Of a stretch of 30,878 bases of DNA, positions 14,601 to 24,406 are shown piece after piece. Within the stretch, counting starts at the first letter, position 1. Each line of letters opens with the position of its first letter. Source of the stretch: a virus; UHGV virus genome UHGV-1533542; one strand, given 5' to 3'. Both the position numbers and the translations under genes were made by a program. Below the pieces are notes generated by a model that saw nothing but the letters and a program-made list of their open reading frames with translations, did no database searches and had not been told where the DNA came from.

Positions 14601-17110
14601 TGCGGAATATCTCCGGAGAATCTCTGACGCTTCTGTGTCAGATCAAGAACAACAGGAGAACCATCATCTTTCAGCAGATAACCAGTACCAAGTTTCACCA
14701 GGTACTGACTATCGCCGTAACTTTGCAAACCATACTGACCAGGCGGTGTTTTTATCCCGGTGCCGACAACTTGTTCATTCCAAGCCTGATTAACCTGCTT
14801 ATCGAATTGCTCTGCAGACATTCCCCACGGCAAAAGGACATTCCCCATTCCGTTATAGTCATGCACGCCACCTGTAGCTACGTTAACAGCCTGTTTCCAG
14901 ATATCAGTGTCAATTTCGCCTGATATCACGCCTTTTTTCGCCATCACACCAGCGTAATAGTCCTTTGCGATCTCGTATGCCATTGATGCCCCCTGAGCAT
15001 CACCAGCAAATGCATCCTTCACCATGTCAGAAAACTCAAGGCGAAGATCAGCATCTTTAGGCATCGGAATACCTTTCGCATCATCAGTACCTTTACGAGC
15101 CGCCGCGCCAGCAAGAATTGTCTGCGCAGCGGTTTCAGGAGACACGGAAACATCCGGATTAAACCAGTTTTTTTCTGCCAAAATACCACCAGGCTTGTCC
15201 ATCAGTATCCCGGCAACGGCAGCAGATGGAGCGTTGGCACTGATCTGCTGTAGTGCTGACATATACACCTGCCCACCACCAGTGCTCTGCCTGATGGTAT
15301 CGAGATATGCTGCCTGTTGAGAAACTGGAGCATCACGAAAGAAAACACCGATCTGATTGGCCTCGTCTTTGGAAAAGAACGTCAGTGGAGTGCCATATGA
15401 CTTAGCAAGGTCACTGACCTGAGCGGCACGCAAGGCAACGCTATGTCCAAAGTTATCCTTATTGCTCATGTCGATAGGCTTTGCCTGTCCGGAGGCAAGA
15501 GAGAACTGCACAGGATCCGACTGCCGCTGCTTTATCACCTGATTTGCAGCCGAAACAACGTTGTCATAAAGAGCTGCGCGAGACGCATAACCCTCCCCTG
15601 TCTCACCAGTATCCGGGCGTAATTGCTCAACATATGCTGTAATGCTGCTTGTCGGCATGTTGCGGAAAGAGCCTATATACTGTCCGGCGATCTGCGTATT
15701 CTTAAACTCGGTATATCGCAGGTTTCCTTCTCTGACTCCATAAGCTGCAATAAAATCATCCTCACCAGGTGGGTTAGGAAATTCAACGCCACGCATATAC
15801 GCAGCTGTCGCATCGCGAACCTGGCTGTCAATCATCGTTTTATATTCATCCTGCTGCTGCCGACGCAGTTGATCCGCCTGTCGCATAAAACTTGCCTGCG
15901 CCTCAGAAGATGCCGCATCGAATGCTGCATTACCGGTATAGCGTTTGGTGTTGGTTGGAATTGTTGATAAACCAAGTGCTGCACTGACACCAGCAGTTAA
16001 CTGCTGATCACTGTATGGCTGGCTACCGTTCTCATGATGGATAATGGCTGCACAAAGCGCCTTCAGGGTATCAGGATTTGATGCATCGAGAGGCTCATCA
16101 GCAGAAACGCCAAGTTGTTCGCACACTGCTTTGATATACGACATAGTGTCATTTTTATCAGTGGGCGGTGCCCAGCGATTAATTATCTCGCTGACGGTAT
16201 CAATACCCTGCCTATGATACGACATCAGGTTCCGCCCTAATGCACGAATCCCGTGTTCAGGTGTTTCGAATTTAGCAAATCGACCATCATCACCGGTCTG
16301 GCCTACCCACGGATTAGTTTTGCTGTATTCGAGATTTCCTGGGTTATTGTTGCGTATGCCACGGGCACGATCGGAAGAGTCACTATCGGCTACAGCACGG
16401 CGAGCTCCAGCAGCAGTATCACTTAACTCGCCATTACTTTGGATGAATGCGGTCGCATTGTTTGCCGACCACTGGGACAATGCGGCATCAGCAACCTTCT
16501 CTTTAAACTCGATTTTCTTGGCCTGGATTTGCTCGTCGCTCCAGCCATGCGCAATGCCGTAATCCTCAATTTGCTGGAAAGTTTGCTTATTAGCCAATAC
16601 GTATGCGGCGTTGTCGCCATACAATGCTGCGGCATTTTTACCATTGTTCAGCAGCGTAGCCTGAAACTGACCTTCTTCGTAGGCATTTATTTGCCCTATC
16701 TCGTGCCGCCCGGCCTGCGTAGTGAACTGAATACGCTGCTGCTGCGCCTGCTGCATGAAAGCATTACGAGCCTGTTCATCCGGCAGCGACATAGCCAGTT
16801 GTTCGACCTGAGCATCAAACTGCTGCGTATACTCCTGACCTTTTCCAATAGCATTTTTCCCTTTCAGGTTAAGCAAACCTGTTTCAGGGTTATTCAGCAG
16901 ATCGCTGCTTATCTGGCTTAAGCTAAGAGAAGCATCCTGAGCCATAGCAACATTCGCGCGCTGTTTTGCCTGCGCAATAATACCTGCATATTGCTCTGCA
17001 ACATCGCCAAGTACATCACCGACATTTGGTGTCTGAAACGATGAGAATCCCTGCGTCGAAATCCCTCTGCTCTGAACCTGACGGCCCGATGTTGTTGGTA
17101 CAACTGGCAT
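14597..17110 (-). CDS. internal virion / ejection protein (837 aa)
   Basis: Long ORF in the virion operon; contains a conserved-looking NNPGNL segment whose function I cannot assign. Confidence 0.75.
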   Translation of the reverse strand: MPVVPTTSGRQVQSRGISTQGFSSFQTPNVGDVLGDVAEQYAGIIAQAKQRANVAMAQDASLSLSQISSDLLNNPETGLLNLKGKNAIGKGQEYTQQFDAQVEQLAMSLPDEQARNAFMQQAQQQRIQFTTQAGRHEIGQINAYEEGQFQATLLNNGKNAAALYGDNAAYVLANKQTFQQIEDYGIAHGWSDEQIQAKKIEFKEKVADAALSQWSANNATAFIQSNGELSDTAAGARRAVADSDSSDRARGIRNNNPGNLEYSKTNPWVGQTGDDGRFAKFETPEHGIRALGRNLMSYHRQGIDTVSEIINRWAPPTDKNDTMSYIKAVCEQLGVSADEPLDASNPDTLKALCAAIIHHENGSQPYSDQQLTAGVSAALGLSTIPTNTKRYTGNAAFDAASSEAQASFMRQADQLRRQQQDEYKTMIDSQVRDATAAYMRGVEFPNPPGEDDFIAAYGVREGNLRYTEFKNTQIAGQYIGSFRNMPTSSITAYVEQLRPDTGETGEGYASRAALYDNVVSAANQVIKQRQSDPVQFSLASGQAKPIDMSNKDNFGHSVALRAAQVSDLAKSYGTPLTFFSKDEANQIGVFFRDAPVSQQAAYLDTIRQSTGGGQVYMSALQQISANAPSAAVAGILMDKPGGILAEKNWFNPDVSVSPETAAQTILAGAAARKGTDDAKGIPMPKDADLRLEFSDMVKDAFAGDAQGASMAYEIAKDYYAGVMAKKGVISGEIDTDIWKQAVNVATGGVHDYNGMGNVLLPWGMSAEQFDKQVNQAWNEQVVGTGIKTPPGQYGLQSYGDSQYLVKLGTGYLLKDDGSPVVLDLTQKRQRFSGDIPQ

Positions 17111-17122
17111 CTTATTATCCCC

Positions 17123-17662
17123 TTATCGACCGGTTGGAGTGCCAACAGCAGCAGAAATCGGCGCAGCCTTCTGAGAGAACGGGCTCCACGTTCCGCCGCC
17201 CATCTGGTATGCACCGTATGCTTTTAGTGGTGCCGTTAACAAAGTGCTGGTCATCGATGATTTAGCAGCCGACTGAGCAGCAGCCCCCTGTGCCTGAGCA
17301 TTCATTCCCTGAACCTGATACCCATATGCCTCACGCTGAGCATTATTCACTGTCGTTAACGCATCAAGAGTGCCGAACTGAGCATTATCCGCAAAAACGT
17401 CAAGAGCTGTTCCGCTACTTAATTCCGCACCGGTAGCCCCCATAGTGGCCGCCGCAGTGCCTGAGCGTTGACGCATTTCACGACGACGCTGATCCGCTTC
17501 AATATTCCCACGATTGATTGAATCCTGTGCCTGAACTTCAGCAATTTCAGCATTCCGATCAGCTATGGCTGACTGGTATTTTGCCTGCTTGCTCTGGCTG
17601 TACATTGACGCGGCTGTGGATGCCACTGTGACGGCAACCAAAGCGATGGCTGGGTTACACAT
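17123..17662 (-). CDS. virion protein with N-terminal hydrophobic segment (179 aa)
   Basis: ATG overlaps upstream stop (TAATG); N-terminal hydrophobic helix then Ala/Gln-rich region. Confidence 0.7.
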   Translation of the reverse strand: MCNPAIALVAVTVASTAASMYSQSKQAKYQSAIADRNAEIAEVQAQDSINRGNIEADQRRREMRQRSGTAAATMGATGAELSSGTALDVFADNAQFGTLDALTTVNNAQREAYGYQVQGMNAQAQGAAAQSAAKSSMTSTLLTAPLKAYGAYQMGGGTWSPFSQKAAPISAAVGTPTGR

Positions 17663-18126
17663 TATTTTCTCTCCATGTGAAATCTGTGGAAATTAAGACC
17701 AAGAGCACCATAAGGCGCGGCTTCTTCAAGCCTGAATCCAAGCCAGTGCAGCCATGCTTTGGCAACATGGTTTCGCTCGTCGACGTAGTTTTCCAGGCGC
17801 GGATAAACTGCCAGCATCTGCTGCAATACAGGGCGGCAGTGGCGAAGAAATGTCTTCTGATATTTTTCAATACGGCTGGTTCCGACCAGCCATGGCGTAC
17901 CATTGCCACCGATCATTGACGCCGGAGATACACCAAACATGGTTACCAGTTCTCCGTTCGCGAACCCTGACCAGGCCATAGTCGCAGTGCGCAGACCAAC
18001 GCGCAGCGCATCTTCGGTAGTCATCAGCGATACCGCATACAGTTCGTCAATATCAGCCTGACGAACATCCGGCAAAATCATCTGAAGATGCTCTTCGGTA
18101 GCGGGAATAATTCGAACATCGATCAT
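17662..18126 (-). CDS. virion-module protein (154 aa), function unknown
   Basis: ATG overlaps upstream stop (ATGA); translationally coupled within the tail/internal-protein operon. Confidence 0.7.
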   Translation of the reverse strand: MIDVRIIPATEEHLQMILPDVRQADIDELYAVSLMTTEDALRVGLRTATMAWSGFANGELVTMFGVSPASMIGGNGTPWLVGTSRIEKYQKTFLRHCRPVLQQMLAVYPRLENYVDERNHVAKAWLHWLGFRLEEAAPYGALGLNFHRFHMERK

Positions 18127-20597
18127 CAGAATCCCCCAACAGTAAGGCGAGGAATAACGGCAAGAACAGACAGTGGCAACGGGTCAAGCTGACGGATTCT
18201 TACACGTCCGTTTTTGCCCCAGTTACTGTCCAGTTTCACTTCTACTTTTCCGGTAGCATCATCAACAGAATCATCGTAGAACTCGAATTCACGCTGTGGA
18301 TATTCGTACCATTTACCGCCGGGCGTAGTCGCCCAGATGCCGCGACTGGCATTCACAACCAGAGTAACGGACGGGATCACCTGTTTTTTGTCCAGCAGCG
18401 TTTCCTGTCCGCTAATGTTGATATCCAGTGTTTCGAATTCAGCAGTTATTGGCAGGCCGATGTGCACAACAGCCCCCGGTGATTCCAGCGTGACGGCACC
18501 TCCGGAAACCACTTTCTGTGGTTCCACGTTCGCATCAGAGAGAATGTTTACGGTCTGGCCTTCAAGATGAGACATGCCTCCAAATGTCCGGCGCGCCATC
18601 TGCCAGTTCGTGGTGGCCGCATTCCTGAGGGATGGCGGGACGTTCCTGTTAGCACGAACCACTACAGCGGTATTGCTGGTTACAGAAATAATGTCGCAAC
18701 GTAATTCTTTTGACACTTCATCGCCAGTATCAGGATCAGTTCCGGTATAAGGGAACTGTAGTTGCGCACCAACATCACTACTGGTGAAGTACGCACCACC
18801 AGAAACACTGATTGTATATTCCGCGCGGTAATCCCATTCACCAGAACCACCAGTGATGGTCATCGTTCTGTCAGACGTATTTCTTCCATCATAGCTAAGG
18901 CCAGAATCAACAAAGAAAGCATCTTCATCGCTGGTAAATAAACGGCTGGACAGTCTCTCGATGTATCTCACTGTTTGCCCGTTAACGGTTCTGTTAACGA
19001 CGAAATACACCGCATCTTCATTGCCTTCGCTGATACTGCATGTGCTTTCATATTTTCCGGTACTGGATTGTGGTGCCCATGCAAAAACCTGCTGATCACG
19101 CAAATAGGTCATCACCAGTAATTTACCGTCATCACGAATGCAGAAGGCGCTGGAGTAAGGGACAATCGAGAAGCACCAGTCAACAATGCTGTGCTTCTGA
19201 AAAAGATGATTGGCAAGGATGGTCAGGTCGTTCCCCTGATAGCCGTCAACATCGAATGAGTAGGCCAGATCACGGACAACACTGCCTTTCTCCTGGACGA
19301 ACAGAGCAATATTCGCCACGGCAATTGGTGGGACATTGCTCGAGCCATTTGATCCCTGAGAGCTGAATGCAAATGATGATGGGGTAAGCACTTTGTTCTG
19401 GTCGCCAGTGATGACGTACTCACCTCCGGAAGTCAGCGCCACCAGCGAACCAACATCAATCAGGTGACGGATCTCATTAACCTGACGCCCGGCATAGGTG
19501 TAGATAATTCTGTCGTCATCCTGCGTAGGATTGCTTTTGCCAAAATCCTTATAATCCCCGGTACGGCTGGCCCAGATAGTCTGAGGGAACGCAGTCGATG
19601 CGGCGAAGTAAAGGCGTTGTTGATAATAAACAACAGTGCCAGGATAACCGTTAATACTGTTCCAGGCATATTTAGCCCATTTATAGCTGGCATTATCCTC
19701 GCCAACTACCTGCGAAGGGATATAGGAAATCACCTCGGCAGTTGCAGTAGTTCCATTTGCAGCAGAGATACGGGCAATGCCAAAACCACTGTGCAGATAC
19801 TCCCACTCAATGCCGGTATCATCATCACCGGATCCGCCCCAGCCATCCCATGATGTGCCTTCTGTATGCGAAGGGCGCAAAGTGCCTGTTTTGCCTGCTG
19901 TAACGGCGCGATAGTAGTTACTGTCTGCACGGCGAATATCGCCAATCGACGTACTCTTACTGGTTTCCCATACCGGCACAGAATCCACTGCAGGCTGTTC
20001 CAGATAGAACAATTTGCCTACCTGCTCCGCGCCAAAAATTGAGGCGCTTGCCGTTAACGTAATTGTCCCGGTGCTGGCGCTGGCATAAACCGTCACTGAC
20101 TCGTCAATATTGATATCTTCAAATGGCCCGTTCTTCGTTACCACATCAACCAGTTGCCAGTTGTCATGCGCATAGCGGCGCAACTCTTTCGGCGGGTATG
20201 CCGGATGAACCAGCGTAAGCACGTCTGCGCTTTGCGTGAATTTAATTCGGAACAGATCGGCTTCAGTATATGGCGTGGCAATTTCATAAATAACATTGCT
20301 GCTGTTCAGCACCAACGCACCATCTTTGATAACGCGCATGTACTGGTGTCCGAACTCCAGAGCATAAGTCTGAACCGTCGAGAACTGGAACGGGATCAGG
20401 CGGCATTTCCGATTTGGGTATTTGGCGGCACCGACAAAACGCGTACCAGGTCGATTCTCAACGCCGCCATACTGCCGCACGATAAAGTTATCGCACTTGC
20501 GCAATGCCACCTGGTACTTCGCCATGTCGATACGACCGTACAACGACGGTCCAATCTCACCACCGGCAAAGCTGGGCTGGATCCAACTGATAGCCAT
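18126..20597 (-). CDS. tail tube / nozzle-like protein (823 aa)
   Basis: ATG overlaps upstream stop (ATGA); size and position match the tail tubular protein B analogue of podoviruses; no motif-level confirmation. Confidence 0.7.
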   Translation of the reverse strand: MAISWIQPSFAGGEIGPSLYGRIDMAKYQVALRKCDNFIVRQYGGVENRPGTRFVGAAKYPNRKCRLIPFQFSTVQTYALEFGHQYMRVIKDGALVLNSSNVIYEIATPYTEADLFRIKFTQSADVLTLVHPAYPPKELRRYAHDNWQLVDVVTKNGPFEDINIDESVTVYASASTGTITLTASASIFGAEQVGKLFYLEQPAVDSVPVWETSKSTSIGDIRRADSNYYRAVTAGKTGTLRPSHTEGTSWDGWGGSGDDDTGIEWEYLHSGFGIARISAANGTTATAEVISYIPSQVVGEDNASYKWAKYAWNSINGYPGTVVYYQQRLYFAASTAFPQTIWASRTGDYKDFGKSNPTQDDDRIIYTYAGRQVNEIRHLIDVGSLVALTSGGEYVITGDQNKVLTPSSFAFSSQGSNGSSNVPPIAVANIALFVQEKGSVVRDLAYSFDVDGYQGNDLTILANHLFQKHSIVDWCFSIVPYSSAFCIRDDGKLLVMTYLRDQQVFAWAPQSSTGKYESTCSISEGNEDAVYFVVNRTVNGQTVRYIERLSSRLFTSDEDAFFVDSGLSYDGRNTSDRTMTITGGSGEWDYRAEYTISVSGGAYFTSSDVGAQLQFPYTGTDPDTGDEVSKELRCDIISVTSNTAVVVRANRNVPPSLRNAATTNWQMARRTFGGMSHLEGQTVNILSDANVEPQKVVSGGAVTLESPGAVVHIGLPITAEFETLDINISGQETLLDKKQVIPSVTLVVNASRGIWATTPGGKWYEYPQREFEFYDDSVDDATGKVEVKLDSNWGKNGRVRIRQLDPLPLSVLAVIPRLTVGGF

Positions 20598-21202
20598 CAG
20601 GACAACCTCGCAATGGTAAACTCGTCAACCGGTGGCTGTGGTTCCTGTGATTCATTCTGGCTATGCGAGCCAGCACTAAGAATCACGCGATTGTACATAT
20701 TGAGGGCAAACGTACCGAGGTCTGCATTCCCAGTGAGCGCCATGTTAATAGCTGCCGCAAGACGCCAGGCCAACGCCTCCATAAAAATGGCATCAAACAT
20801 GTTCACATCTGAAACGCGAGAGACATACTTGAGCCATGCCTGCGGCTGGTCTGTGTAGATCAACTTTCCTGTTCCGTTGGTGTCTGCACCAACTTCGTAC
20901 TGAACGCGCATTGCTGCTGTTGGATTGCGTACACCAGGAAGCATAATTTCAGTAATGCGCAGACAATCGGACGGGTACTGGTACGCATATTCCCAGTCAG
21001 GCGGTGGATTGCTCGTATCTGCAAGCGCCACGCGTTTGGTAGCAAAGTTCCAGTCAAAATCAGAAAGAACAGCATCACGGCAGGCCTCAAAGTGCAGCGA
21101 ACATTCCCCCGCTTCCTTGCTGGCTTCCGTCAGGCTGTTAATACTGCGGCTGTTGCCAATATTGGACAGCGCACGATTACAGATCTCTACTACAGAGGCC
21201 AT
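20597..21202 (-). CDS. virion protein, possible head-tail adaptor / tail tubular A analogue (201 aa)
   Basis: ATG 21202 with SD GGAGG, overlapping upstream stop; function by position only. Confidence 0.6.
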   Translation of the reverse strand: MASVVEICNRALSNIGNSRSINSLTEASKEAGECSLHFEACRDAVLSDFDWNFATKRVALADTSNPPPDWEYAYQYPSDCLRITEIMLPGVRNPTAAMRVQYEVGADTNGTGKLIYTDQPQAWLKYVSRVSDVNMFDAIFMEALAWRLAAAINMALTGNADLGTFALNMYNRVILSAGSHSQNESQEPQPPVDEFTIARLS

Positions 21203-21525
21203 CACTCACCTCCGTTACCGTACAGAGTTTCAGCCGCTGATTTTTCTACATCCCTGGAAACAGGAGCGATCGCCATATCAGTGATCTGCAGATCGGCGCT
21301 GCGATTAACACCATCGTCAGTTTCTCTGGCAGACAGGCCTCGAATAACAGCCTTTGCAGTTATCATCACTTCTGTTCCGACGCCCTGAGGTTGCGCCTTC
21401 AGCTTATTCAATGTGTCGTTATTAAGAGTGATGCACAGCTCCCACGGGTATTCATCGCGAGTTCTGGTTTCTCCGCTCTCATCCTGGTAGCTGTCAGTGC
21501 CGGTTTTGAGGTTTACGAGTTCCAT
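21202..21525 (-). CDS. small virion-module protein (107 aa from ATG 21525)
   Basis: SD AGGAG 5 nt before ATG 21525 (ORF opens at GTG 21531); preceded by hairpin 21542-21559. Confidence 0.6.
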   Translation of the reverse strand: MELVNLKTGTDSYQDESGETRTRDEYPWELCITLNNDTLNKLKAQPQGVGTEVMITAKAVIRGLSARETDDGVNRSADLQITDMAIAPVSRDVEKSAAETLYGNGGE

Positions 21526-21541
21526 ATACACTCCTGCAATA

Positions 21542-21559
21542 AAGGGGCCGAAGCCCCTT
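21542..21559 (-). terminator. possible intra-operon attenuator hairpin
   Basis: AAGGGGC-CGAA-GCCCCTT stem-loop; on the minus strand followed by TTTATTG; lies between head-proximal genes and downstream genes. Confidence 0.3.
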
Positions 21560-21575
21560 GTCGGATTCGCGAGGC

Positions 21576-21911
21576 TTACACGCCCAGTTCTTTACGCTTA
21601 TCTGCGATCTTCTCTCGGAGCGTTTCGGCTTTAGCGTTATGGTGTGGCTTCTCGTTAAAGAGCAATTCGTACTCTTCACGGAGCTTATCCAGTTCACCAT
21701 CATCTGACACATCGTTGATGATTTTGGTGCTGGTTGCTGCCATAGACACCTTTCCTGCTACCTTTGCTTTTGCCTGTCTGGCTGCATCGTTAACAGGTTC
21801 CAGTGCGCTACCAGGCTCACCTTCGTATTCGATTTCTGCCCCCTCCGGCCACAGTGTGTTATGGATATGAGAGAGGCGCAGAACGCGGTATCTTGGTTTC
21901 TCACCTGACAT
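21576..21911 (-). CDS. small head/virion protein (111 aa from ATG 21911)
   Basis: SD AAGGTG 6 nt before ATG 21911 (ORF opens at GTG 21920, right after upstream stop). Confidence 0.6.
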   Translation of the reverse strand: MSGEKPRYRVLRLSHIHNTLWPEGAEIEYEGEPGSALEPVNDAARQAKAKVAGKVSMAATSTKIINDVSDDGELDKLREEYELLFNEKPHHNAKAETLREKIADKRKELGV

Positions 21912-21921
21912 CGATATCACC

Positions 21922-22359
21922 TTAACCAGTTACTTTTGAGCGGATCGGGTACGGCGTATTGGCATCAACATCCAGACTGATACCCGCAGTGAATTTGCCG
22001 GCCGTTAGTGGGCCAGTTGCGACGGAGTAGTTAACACGCAGATATCGCTGAACACCGGCTGGCACCTTTGCAGAAACAACTCGCTTACCTGCTGTCAGGG
22101 TGGCCTTTGCCAACGCACCACTATCATAAATAGTGGTCCAAGAGCTGTTATTCTCACTCGTCTGCAACTGGATGTTTACAGTTGCCTCACCACTTGCCGT
22201 GGCGGCTTCGTTAACCAGCACCCAAAACTCAAGCGGGTAACCCACACCGATATCGCGACGGTTTCCATCAATTGGACCGAGATCGATTACGTCAGTAGAA
22301 GCCGCGGTATTCGTAACCGCCTGAGCTTCGGAGAACATCAACAGTTTGTCGGTGATCAT
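21922..22359 (-). CDS. possible capsid decoration / minor head protein (145 aa)
   Basis: ATG with SD GGAGAAAGAAG; directly downstream of major capsid gene; Thr/Ala/Gly-rich beta-type sequence; function by position. Confidence 0.6.
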   Translation of the reverse strand: MITDKLLMFSEAQAVTNTAASTDVIDLGPIDGNRRDIGVGYPLEFWVLVNEAATASGEATVNIQLQTSENNSSWTTIYDSGALAKATLTAGKRVVSAKVPAGVQRYLRVNYSVATGPLTAGKFTAGISLDVDANTPYPIRSKVTG

Positions 22360-22410
22360 CTTCTTTCTCCATTAGTGGGTCTGTTACGACCCACAGGTTA
22401 ATAACAGGCG

Positions 22411-23403
22411 TTACACCACGCGGGCTTCTGTTTCCAGAAGCGCATCAGTTTCACGGATTGGTACACCACGGAATGACGTCCACCACTCGCCTTCAGTCTC
22501 TTTTACGCTAATCGCCAGAGATGTTTTCTCCAGAGACTGCAGATCAAGAGCCTGGCCTACAGTGCGGTTCATGTAGAACACCGGGCGACCCATGCCACGG
22601 TTTGGAATGCGATGCAGTGCTTTAACCATCAACTTCGCAATATTTGCGGCAGAGGAAGGTTCTGAAAGATTGCTGACATCGATGTTTGCAATGCGAACAA
22701 CATAACGCCAGTCACGCAGAGCAAGTCCGTTGTCCCATTTGTAATGGGTACGGTAGCCTTCGTACTTGCCGCCATTAGCATCTTCCAGTGTCACCTGGCC
22801 TTTATCTTCCATCTGAATGCCAGCCTTCTGCCCTTTCGGGAAGATGCCATGCACGGTGTTTTCGCCCCACACCACTAACCAGATTGAGGTGTTATCTGTG
22901 CCCGTGCCACCAGCATCAATGATGTTCTGAGCATTACCTGCAGACAGGCTGGAATAGCGGGAGGACAGTCCCATAAACTGCTGAGGGTTAACGCTGGAAT
23001 CACCATAAAACAGCGTCTGCGCCATCTGCTGATTCATCGCTTCAATAAATGCGCGGTCTTCAGACAGGCGGAATTCGGCGGTATTGCCGTTCAGATCAGC
23101 CAGTGACTTATCGACTTCAGCATAGGTTTCCAGCATGCCAACGGAATCGGTTACCTGCACTGTGGTTGATTTGCTTGGCTGTACGCCATAGTTCAGCAAA
23201 CGCCAGGTAGCTGAAGGTAAACCAGAACGAATGGTGGTTCGGTGTCCGGTAGGAAGGTTCCCTTCGACAAAAGGCATATCCTGAAGGATCGGGTTAGTTT
23301 GACCGAGAAGCTCGATAATCTTATCGACTTTCCCGTTTGGATCGACGCGCTTACCCCAGTCAGCCAGCGTTAGCGCAGTTAAGCCTTTAACAGCCATTGT
23401 CAT
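22411..23403 (-). CDS. major capsid protein
   Basis: 330-aa ORF after the scaffold gene with SD GAGAGGAA; size and position typical of HK97-fold major capsid proteins of podoviruses. Confidence 0.85.
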   Translation of the reverse strand: MTMAVKGLTALTLADWGKRVDPNGKVDKIIELLGQTNPILQDMPFVEGNLPTGHRTTIRSGLPSATWRLLNYGVQPSKSTTVQVTDSVGMLETYAEVDKSLADLNGNTAEFRLSEDRAFIEAMNQQMAQTLFYGDSSVNPQQFMGLSSRYSSLSAGNAQNIIDAGGTGTDNTSIWLVVWGENTVHGIFPKGQKAGIQMEDKGQVTLEDANGGKYEGYRTHYKWDNGLALRDWRYVVRIANIDVSNLSEPSSAANIAKLMVKALHRIPNRGMGRPVFYMNRTVGQALDLQSLEKTSLAISVKETEGEWWTSFRGVPIRETDALLETEARVV

Positions 23404-23411
23404 TTCCTCTC

Positions 23412-24107
23412 TTATTTGCCATAGAGCACTTCGGCCGCACTACGCTGGCCTTCATTACCACCGGTGACCATGCCATCTTCAGACATCGCCTTTCCGATTT
23501 TCACGAACGTTTTGACCAGGTCAGGGTGATTACCCAGTCCGGTGGTGTTCAGATATTCTTTGAGTTCAGGTGTCCCGAACTGGTCAAGCGCACGCTGTGC
23601 GGCGCTAAGGTTAGAAATCAACTTGTCGCCACCGATTTCTTTGTCAGCTTTTACATCCGCAGCCCACTGCTCGGTTGTTTTCTGCCAGGCTTCTGCCTGG
23701 CGCTGCTGAACACCTGCCAGAATCTTCGGATAAGCATCAACCAGCTTTTGCGCTTGCTCGTTGGTCAGGTTTAGTTCTCGCGCCACCGGCTCGAATTCCT
23801 TCAACGCTTCTGTATCCAGCTCTACGCCTTCGGCAGCCTGAAACTCGTACTTCTCAGGCGCACCCTCTGGTTTATCGCCGCCCTTTTTTTCATCCTGCTT
23901 ATCGTTTTCAGGCTTTTTGTCATCAGCAGGTTTATCGCCATCAGAAACAGGTTGTGGCTTATCACCTTCCTGTTGTGATGGATCACCAACTGGAGCAGGG
24001 TTATCATCTGCATGCGCTGACGGTTCTGACGCAGCCGGAGCTGCCCCACCATCGACTTGTTGCTCATTGCAAAGACGGCGATACAGCAAACGCTCAAATA
24101 AACTCAT
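23412..24107 (-). CDS. scaffolding protein
   Basis: ATG 24107 with SD AGGAG (ORF opens at GTG 24113); highly acidic, Pro/Asp/Lys/Glu-rich low-complexity N-terminal part and helical C-terminal part; between portal and capsid genes. Confidence 0.75.
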   Translation of the reverse strand: MSLFERLLYRRLCNEQQVDGGAAPAASEPSAHADDNPAPVGDPSQQEGDKPQPVSDGDKPADDKKPENDKQDEKKGGDKPEGAPEKYEFQAAEGVELDTEALKEFEPVARELNLTNEQAQKLVDAYPKILAGVQQRQAEAWQKTTEQWAADVKADKEIGGDKLISNLSAAQRALDQFGTPELKEYLNTTGLGNHPDLVKTFVKIGKAMSEDGMVTGGNEGQRSAAEVLYGK

Positions 24108-24109
24108 GA

Positions 24110-24406
24110 TCACTCCTGTTCACTGGCCTCTTTGGCCATCTTCAAATACTGTTCAGGGCAATGCGCCATAACGCGCTGAAACAGTTCCAGCGCCAGATTG
24201 CGTTGCCCCTCATTAAATGCCATTGCCATAGCATCCATCGGAGAGATAGCGGAAAACACCCGGCCTTTCTCCAGCACCGACCAGACAACGCGACGCCCCT
24301 GTTCACTGCTCATGACAAAGCGAATGTCATCAATTTCACGCTGTGCCATGTCACGTTGCTTACGGGCGTTTTCTTCTTTCAGTTGATCGTCTTCGTAATC
24401 TGTCAT
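24110..24406 (-). CDS. small acidic protein between portal and scaffold genes (98 aa)
   Basis: ORF start overlaps portal stop; function unknown. Confidence 0.55.
   Translation of the reverse strand: MTDYEDDQLKEENARKQRDMAQREIDDIRFVMSSEQGRRVVWSVLEKGRVFSAISPMDAMAMAFNEGQRNLALELFQRVMAHCPEQYLKMAKEASEQE

Noticed and set aside
20154-20858. 234-aa plus-strand ORF inside the tail-tube-like gene
   Set aside because: Antisense shadow ORF fully contained in a translationally coupled minus-strand operon; no RBS
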